From Prevotella sp. (GTDB lineage: Bacteria > Bacteroidota > Bacteroidia > Bacteroidales > Bacteroidaceae): 63,154 nt of DNA. The notes beneath the pieces were generated by a model. That model was given only the letters and a program-made list of their open reading frames with translations. It had not been told where the DNA came from and made no database searches. Positions 57,148 through 63,154 of the stretch are shown piece after piece (within the stretch, counting starts at the first letter, position 1; every line of letters begins with the position of its first letter). The position numbers were made by a program, and so were the translations under genes. The stretch is taken from positions 1-63,154 of the forward strand of contig JBJEAV010000060.1 in assembly GCA_051869395.1 (NCBI GenBank). The letters are read 5' to 3'.

Positions 57148-58161
57148 ATGATAAGAGAAGTGAAATTCGAGAGCCAGGAGCGCAGAATCAAGCAGGTTAT
57201 CGCCGCTCTGAACGAAAACGGTATCAAGGATATCGAAGAGGCTAATCAGATTTGCGAAGGTATTGGTGTTGATCCTTACAAGATTTGCGAGGACACTCAG
57301 GGTATCTGCTTTGAGAACGCCAAGTGGGCATACGTATGTGGTGCCGCTATCGCCATCAAGAAGGGTGTGAAGTCAGCTGCCGAGGCTGCCGAGGCTATCG
57401 GTATCGGTCTGCAGAGCTTCTGCATCCCAGGTTCAGTTGCCGACGACCGTAAGGTTGGTATCGGCCATGGTAACCTTGCTGCCCGTCTGCTCCGCGAGGA
57501 GACACAGTGCTTCGCCTTCCTCGCCGGTCACGAGTCATTCGCTGCCGCTGAGGGTGCCATCAAGATTGCCGAGATGGCCAACAAGGTGCGCAAGAACCCA
57601 CTGCGTTGTATCCTCAACGGTCTGGGCAAGGACGCTGCCATGATCATCAGCCGTATCAACGGATTCACATACGTGCAGACCAAGTTCGACTACTACACAG
57701 GTAAGGTAAACGTGGTTAACCGCACTGCTTACTCTGACGGTCCCCGTGCCAAGGTTAACTGCTACGGTGCCGACGACGTTCGCGAGGGTGTAGCCATCAA
57801 CTGGCTTGAGGATGTTGACGTTTCCATCACTGGTAACTCAACCAACCCCACCCGCTTCCAGCACCCTGTAGCCGGTACTTACAAGAAGGAGCGCGTGCTC
57901 GCCGGCAAGCCCTACTTCTCAGTGGCTTCAGGTGGTGGTACAGGCCGTACACTGCATCCGGACAACATGGCTGCAGGTCCCGCTTCTTACGGTATGACCG
58001 ATACTCTCGGACGTATGCACTCTGACGCCCAGTTCGCTGGTTCTTCTTCAGTGCCTGCACACGTTGAGATGATGGGCTTCCTCGGTATGGGTAACAACCC
58101 GATGGTAGGTGCTACCGTTGCCGTTGCCGTTACCGTTGACATGGCCCTCAACAAGAAGTAA
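57148..58161 (+). CDS. GGGtGRT-family protein (unknown function)
   Basis: Signature SGGGTGRTLHPD, AGHESFAAAEG, GNSTNPTRF. Confidence 0.9.
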   Translation: MIREVKFESQERRIKQVIAALNENGIKDIEEANQICEGIGVDPYKICEDTQGICFENAKWAYVCGAAIAIKKGVKSAAEAAEAIGIGLQSFCIPGSVADDRKVGIGHGNLAARLLREETQCFAFLAGHESFAAAEGAIKIAEMANKVRKNPLRCILNGLGKDAAMIISRINGFTYVQTKFDYYTGKVNVVNRTAYSDGPRAKVNCYGADDVREGVAINWLEDVDVSITGNSTNPTRFQHPVAGTYKKERVLAGKPYFSVASGGGTGRTLHPDNMAAGPASYGMTDTLGRMHSDAQFAGSSSVPAHVEMMGFLGMGNNPMVGATVAVAVTVDMALNKK

Positions 58162-58193
58162 TCACACTAAAGATTATTTATCATTCCAATAAT

Positions 58194-58246
58194 GCCCTTG
58201 CATATTTTCTTCCTGTAACCCAAGAAGGACTTATGCAGGGGCTTTT
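58194..58246 (+). terminator. Terminator of the GGGtGRT operon
   Basis: gcccttgcata ... tatgcaggggc followed by tttt. Confidence 0.65.
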
Positions 58247-58263
58247 CAAATCGTTGAATTTGA

Positions 58264-58449
58264 TTTGAAACACAAAGACACAAAGAAAAGAAGATTATTT
58301 TTTAGATACAAAGACAACAAGCGACTTAAAAGTCGCCACAAAGGCTTGCAGCGATCAAACTTTGTGGACTTTGTAAGCAGCTTTGCTGCTCTCTGTATCT
58401 TCATTCTGCGAAAAAAGAACTTTGTTTCTTCGTGTCTTTGTGTTTAAAA
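58264..58449. mobile_element. Non-coding palindromic mini-element (MITE-like)
   Basis: tttgaaacacaaagacacaaagaaa / tttcttcgtgtctttgtgtttaaaa (23/25 complementary); nested hairpins gcgact-taaa-agtcgc, ccacaaag..ctttgtgg, agcagc-ttt-gctgct. Confidence 0.72.
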
Positions 58450-58463
58450 TTAAAAATTATATA

Positions 58464-59750
58464 ATGAAACACACCTGGATTTTCCTTTTTTTGACATCGG
58501 CATTGTTATTCTCCGCCGCCAAAGTCGCCACAGTCAATGCGGCCAACCGTATATTCAGCGAAAACATATCCACATTGCAGACAACCGTTGGAAACGACTG
58601 GCTTTCTCCGCCCGTGGTGTCACTTCAGGACTTGCAGAGCGGCAAAAAAAGAATAAACATCTCGTTCGACGAGATGTCACATGACTACTACCGCCTGATA
58701 TATCGCATCGAGAGATGCGAACCCGACTGGACACCCTCCTCGGAACTGTTTGAGAGTGACTGGCTGCAAGGTTTCAACAATAATCCGATTGAAGATTTCA
58801 GAAAATCCATCAACACAACATTCCTTTTCACCAATTACCAGGTCAGAATACCAAATGACAGGTGCAGGCTTAAGATGAGCGGCAACTACAGGCTGACAGT
58901 CTTTGACGAGGACAATCCTGACGACTTACTGTTGCAAGCTGATTTCATGGTTGTTGACAACTCGGCGAAGCTATATCTAAGTGCATCCACCAACACAGAC
59001 ATCGACGTGAACAAATGCCACCAGCAGCTCGCGATGAAACTGGACTATGGCTCACTAAGGGTGAACAATCCTGACGAACAACTGATAACTGTGGTCAAGC
59101 AAAACAACAGGGACGACAACATGAGATGGAACGTTGAACCAAATATTGTCAACGGAAACGGGTTAGTGTGGCAGCACAACAAAGACCTGATATTCGACGG
59201 AGGAAACGAATACAGGAAATTTGAAGTGCTCGACCTCTCACACCCCACCATGGGCATTGACCATATCGAATGGGACGGCTCAACGTTCAACGTATATCCC
59301 TTCGTGTCCGAACCACGCCGCAACTACTCGTATGACGAGGGTGCCAACGGTAGCTTCTGCATACGCAACAGTGACTATGTTGAATGTGAATACACATGCG
59401 ACTATGCCTGGGTACACTACAACCTGAAAACAGGAAAGGAACTCGAAGGTGACATCCTGGTGGATGGTTGGTGGGCAACATTCAACGACAAGTCAACATA
59501 TACAATGGAATATGACGAGACCGACAAGTCCTACCATCTCCAACTGCTACAGAAACAAGGTCATTACTCCTACCAGTTTCTGCAACTCATGCCCGACGGC
59601 ACTACCCAAATACCCGAATGTGAAGGCAACTTCCACGAAACAGAAAACACCTATCAGGCATTTACATATTTCAGACCGCAAGGCGGAAGGACATGGCTGT
59701 TGGCAGCCTACAGCGAACTGACCTTTCCAGCTCCCTCAGCACGCCACTGA
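58464..59750 (+). CDS. DUF5103-domain exported protein (T9SS plug-like)
   Basis: Signal peptide, ISFD, S.NT...Y, SGNY, F.GGNEYR.F, LLQKQG.YSYQ, EGNFHETEN.Y. Confidence 0.75.
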   Translation: MKHTWIFLFLTSALLFSAAKVATVNAANRIFSENISTLQTTVGNDWLSPPVVSLQDLQSGKKRINISFDEMSHDYYRLIYRIERCEPDWTPSSELFESDWLQGFNNNPIEDFRKSINTTFLFTNYQVRIPNDRCRLKMSGNYRLTVFDEDNPDDLLLQADFMVVDNSAKLYLSASTNTDIDVNKCHQQLAMKLDYGSLRVNNPDEQLITVVKQNNRDDNMRWNVEPNIVNGNGLVWQHNKDLIFDGGNEYRKFEVLDLSHPTMGIDHIEWDGSTFNVYPFVSEPRRNYSYDEGANGSFCIRNSDYVECEYTCDYAWVHYNLKTGKELEGDILVDGWWATFNDKSTYTMEYDETDKSYHLQLLQKQGHYSYQFLQLMPDGTTQIPECEGNFHETENTYQAFTYFRPQGGRTWLLAAYSELTFPAPSARH

Positions 59751-62173
59751 GCTGGTGTCATGCCATAGCGGCGATAGAAACTGGAAATAAAGTAGTTGGC
59801 AGACGCAAACCTGTTGTGCTCGGCAATCTTCTCAACAGGCAAGTTGGTAGTTCTCAACTGCTTGGATGCAGCCTCAAGCAATATGGCCTGAGTAAGCATG
59901 CGAGGACTCTTAAAGATGTTGGACGTGATAATGTCATACAATTCAGTCAACTTGACCTTACGCTCAACGGCCAACATGCCGAGAAGGTAGTGGTCAATTG
60001 TCCCTAACTTCGAATATGGCATCAACTCCAGCATCAGGTCAACGAATTGCTCGTCAAGATCCACAGCTATGTCATTGTCGTTTTTAACAACACGTGCCAT
60101 CTGCCATTCTGAGCGGCAAGCCTCTGCTCGGGATATGAAGGCGTCAATACGTCTTATCAACTCAAACTCGCCTACGTTGCGCTTCATTCTCAGACGGTAG
60201 TTGGTTGAGAATATCACCACGTTCCATATCACAAATACCAAGAATACGAATGCTATCAACAAAAACAGACCAGTAGTGCGCCACCATGGTTCCTTCACAT
60301 TTACCACAACCCTCACGGGAGGCGTATTCCACTGGTCAGGAAACATTGATGCCTGAACCTCAACCACATAGCTTCCCGGTCTCAAGGCAAGCAGTGGAAG
60401 GTGAAGTATTCCGCTCTTGTCAACCAATCCCCTTGAATTATAATGCGACAGCATTGTCCATTCGTCATAAAGTCCAATGACGCGATACCTGTAGTAGGTC
60501 TGTAGCGGTCTGAAATAGTTGAGTGCTGAAAACTTCAGTGACAACGAGTTCTGGGTACTTGACAGTTCTATGGTATTGAGACGTGATATAGCCTTGTCCG
60601 TCACCACCTCACCGTCAATTTCCGTTCCCGCATAGACATTGGTGCCGTTCACCTGAAGACGCACAAACTTAGGGTGCAGCAACATGTTGTTGCTCTTCAT
60701 GGTGGTCATCTTCAGTGGATTGAACTCCAGTACATGGTCAAGCGCCTGCATCACTATCGTGCCGTCAGGAAGCCTCATTGCCCTTCCGTTGACATAAGCC
60801 TCAGAAGGAATGCCGTCCATACGGTTGAAACTGTTGATAAACACAATCTTTCCACCCTTTATTACCATTCCCACAATGCCATTGCTGGTGCTCATCCACA
60901 TATTGTGCTGAGAATCCTCAATGATTGAATGTACGACGTTATTAATCATTCCGTCTTCAGGCTTCACATAGATAGAGTCCTTGACCCCCGGCTTGAAATA
61001 ATAAAGACCATTGAGAGAGCCAACCCATATCCAACCGCGGCTGTCCTTGTAAGTGCAGTTCAGCCGATGACCTGATACGAGCATCTTGTTGTCGCACACC
61101 TTGTCCATCATTTCAGCATACTTCACAGCCAGCGGGTTCTCCCAATTCAATGCATTAAATGGGGAATTGTGACATTGGGAATAAAGCAGTCCGCGCTTCT
61201 CGGTGCCAATCCACATGCCACCCTGACGGTCAAACTCTATACAGTTCATGTCTGTCAGCAATTCCCTGCCGTCAGAGAGAGTGATTGTCTCGAAATGTTC
61301 TGTCTCCCCATTCCTTACGTTATATGTCCAGTAGCCATAAGCTGATGATACATACAGGATGTCATCCCTCAAGGTCATATTGCACAGATAATAGTCAAGG
61401 TCAAGTATCTGCTTCCATTTGCGATGCACGATGTCAAACCATAAAAGCACCGCCTTGTTGTTGCCGTTTCTTATCTGGAAAAATCCGTCACGATACTTGA
61501 ATACAACACTGGAGCCGGAATAATCAGCAGACTTGTCGCCGGGAAGAGCCACAGATGAGAATTCTTTCTTGCCGGACTTAATTCCATAGACATCCACCTG
61601 GCTGTCATCATAAAAAAGCAACACCTTGTTGTCTGCCACGTCCAGGTCCTGCAATACCCTGCCCTTTCGCAAGGGTATGCACACCTGCTTGTGGTCAGCA
61701 AAAGCAAAGTCACCCTGGACAAGCCACATCTTACCGCTGGAATCGACAAACATGTCCTCCACCTGCCCTTTCATTCCCTGTTCAACGAAAATGGGCGCAA
61801 TGTCCTTCACAAACTTCTCGGTCATCAGGTCAACACATGTCACCTGATTCTTGTCCTTAAGCCAAAGGCGGTGGGAGTCATCAAAATAGAGATGATAATG
61901 CCCCATGTATTTGGGCAGATTATAATGGCTGTCCTGTGAACTGATGTGGGTAAAACCCGACCCGTCATAGAAATTGATATGACCGATGGTAGAAATTACC
62001 ATTCTGCCTGAGAATGTACACTGTATTGTCTGCGCACTGTTGTCGGCAAGTCCGTCGGCAGCATTGATGACACGGAACCGTCTGTCCCGCGTCAATCCCC
62101 CTGCCTCTGTCCCAACCAACAGAAAGACGATGAGAACTGTAATGAGTCTTTGCAAACAAGTCAGTTTCTTCAT
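59708..62173 (-). CDS. Membrane-anchored regulator: periplasmic beta-propeller + Y_Y_Y domain, one TM, cytoplasmic AraC-type HTH
   Basis: DGLADN, DRQGGMWIG, DSRGWIWVG, YYRYRV, PWW-TM, IAE...F....YF...F...YGMTPAQWR. Confidence 0.85.
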   Translation of the reverse strand: MKKLTCLQRLITVLIVFLLVGTEAGGLTRDRRFRVINAADGLADNSAQTIQCTFSGRMVISTIGHINFYDGSGFTHISSQDSHYNLPKYMGHYHLYFDDSHRLWLKDKNQVTCVDLMTEKFVKDIAPIFVEQGMKGQVEDMFVDSSGKMWLVQGDFAFADHKQVCIPLRKGRVLQDLDVADNKVLLFYDDSQVDVYGIKSGKKEFSSVALPGDKSADYSGSSVVFKYRDGFFQIRNGNNKAVLLWFDIVHRKWKQILDLDYYLCNMTLRDDILYVSSAYGYWTYNVRNGETEHFETITLSDGRELLTDMNCIEFDRQGGMWIGTEKRGLLYSQCHNSPFNALNWENPLAVKYAEMMDKVCDNKMLVSGHRLNCTYKDSRGWIWVGSLNGLYYFKPGVKDSIYVKPEDGMINNVVHSIIEDSQHNMWMSTSNGIVGMVIKGGKIVFINSFNRMDGIPSEAYVNGRAMRLPDGTIVMQALDHVLEFNPLKMTTMKSNNMLLHPKFVRLQVNGTNVYAGTEIDGEVVTDKAISRLNTIELSSTQNSLSLKFSALNYFRPLQTYYRYRVIGLYDEWTMLSHYNSRGLVDKSGILHLPLLALRPGSYVVEVQASMFPDQWNTPPVRVVVNVKEPWWRTTGLFLLIAFVFLVFVIWNVVIFSTNYRLRMKRNVGEFELIRRIDAFISRAEACRSEWQMARVVKNDNDIAVDLDEQFVDLMLELMPYSKLGTIDHYLLGMLAVERKVKLTELYDIITSNIFKSPRMLTQAILLEAASKQLRTTNLPVEKIAEHNRFASANYFISSFYRRYGMTPAQWRAEGAGKVSSL

Positions 62174-62354
62174 ATAAGTAGCGATATGGTCTCTTTATAG
62201 TTGTTTTTCGTGCAAAGGTAACCATTTTATTTCAAACTACAAAGGAAAAAACGAAATATTTTTGTAATTATTGAAATAACTGACAATAATCATATCCAAA
62301 TGCCAATTATATGGCACAAAAAAACCTCCGACATGTATTGTCGAAGGCTTTTTG

Positions 62355-62428
62355 TCGGGGCGACAGGATTCGAACCTGCGGCCGCCTGGTCCCAAACCAG
62401 GAGCGCTACCGGGCTGCGCTACACCCCG
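62355..62428 (-). tRNA. tRNA-Pro(TGG)
   Basis: CGGGGTGTAGCGCAGCCCGGTAGCGC, CCTGG-TTTGGGA-CCAGG, GGTTCGAATCC. Confidence 0.95.
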
Positions 62429-62460
62429 ATTGTTATGCAGAGGATGCTTTCTTGAGAATG

Positions 62461-62534
62461 TCGGGGCGACAGGATTCGAACCTGCGGCCGCCTGGTCCCA
62501 AACCAGGAGCGCTACCGGGCTGCGCTACACCCCG
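62461..62534 (-). tRNA. tRNA-Pro(TGG), identical tandem copy
   Basis: Identical to 62355-62428; promoter TACCTTTG at 62576-62583 (minus), terminator hairpin at 62325-62347. Confidence 0.95.
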
Positions 62535-62618
62535 AACATTCAGCGGGAAAATGCCATGCCTTGCATTTGCGGGTGCAAAGGTACGACTTTTTCCCGATAT
62601 ATGCAAATTTTTCTGCAA

Positions 62619-63154
62619 TTATTTTATTATATTCTGCTCTTGGAATACTTTTTTGAGCACTTGGACACCTCTCTCAACCTGTTCCTCTGTGTGTGTCGCC
62701 ATAAGTGCAAAGCGCACCAAGGTGTCCTGAGGGGCACATGCGGGAGGTATCACGGGGTTGATAAACACACCTGCGTCGAAAGCCCTCGCAGTCACGATGA
62801 AAGTCTTCTCCACATCCCTTACATAAAGCGGGATGATAGGACTCTCTGTCTCTCCTATTTCGAAACCTTCTTCCTTGAATCTCTTGAGCGCATATTTTGT
62901 CACTCTCCACAATGCCTCGATTCTTTCAGGCTCCGAGCGGACTATATGCAGGGCCTCAAGGGCGGCTGCCGTGGCGGCGGGAGTGTCGGATGCACTGAAT
63001 ATGTAGGTGCGGCATGTGTGGCGGAGGAAATTGATGGTGTCGGCATCACCGGCGATAAATCCGCCGATACTTGCCAATGACTTGGAGAATGTACCCATAA
63101 TGAGGTCAACCTCGTCGGTAAGTCCGAAATGGTCGCACACTCCCCTGCCCTCCT
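62619..63154 (-). CDS. PLP-dependent alpha-oxoamine synthase, probably serine palmitoyltransferase (5' part outside the window)
   Basis: DLIMGTFSKSLASIGG PLP Lys, YIFSAS, GVFINPVIPPAC. Confidence 0.8.
   Translation of the reverse strand, partial: EGRGVCDHFGLTDEVDLIMGTFSKSLASIGGFIAGDADTINFLRHTCRTYIFSASDTPAATAAALEALHIVRSEPERIEALWRVTKYALKRFKEEGFEIGETESPIIPLYVRDVEKTFIVTARAFDAGVFINPVIPPACAPQDTLVRFALMATHTEEQVERGVQVLKKVFQEQNIIK

Noticed and set aside
62355-62534. Duplicated tRNA-Pro (and tRNA-Gly) as prophage att sites
   Set aside because: Both copies are full length, sit under one promoter and enclose no foreign DNA
62311-63080. ORFs overlapping tRNA genes (62311-62730, 62352-63080, 41462-41734, 41398-41589)
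   Set aside because: Translations of tRNA sequence, a common annotation artefact

Overview
This is a core-chromosome segment of a Bacteroidota genome, most likely Prevotellaceae. That call rests on TAnnTTTG -7 promoters, A-rich ribosome-binding regions without Shine-Dalgarno motifs, and gene content. From left to right it holds: a six-gene glycosyltransferase cluster with a RelE-type toxin-antitoxin pair at the head of its five-gene minus-strand operon; trmD; a patatin; peptidases; recJ-recQ; gdhA; rplU-rpmA; serS, a fused NfnAB, ttcA, a nucleoside phosphorylase and mnmE; an 800-bp stretch of mixed repeats; a 3118-aa putative T9SS-secreted FN3/LamG protein; gldE-ssb; tRNAs (Gly x2, Leu x2, Pro x2); nspC, prs, a nucleotidase and nudC; menA; a porin operon; kdsB; an IscU-like + GGGtGRT pair; DUF5103; a kinase-less membrane AraC regulator; and a partial serine palmitoyltransferase-like gene. 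No integrase, transposase, phage gene or CRISPR array was found. The most interesting unexplained signals are: (i) two promoter- and terminator-bounded candidate sRNAs that are partly complementary to each other, one of which is the antisense image of a Bacteroidota translation-initiation region; (ii) the uncharacterised IscU-like/GGGtGRT operon with highly-expressed-type codon usage; (iii) 7-bp tandem arrays at gene junctions that place stop codons in all three frames; (iv) several non-coding palindromic mini-elements; and (v) a possible beta-pore-forming core in the giant secreted protein. All calls were made by eye without database searches.
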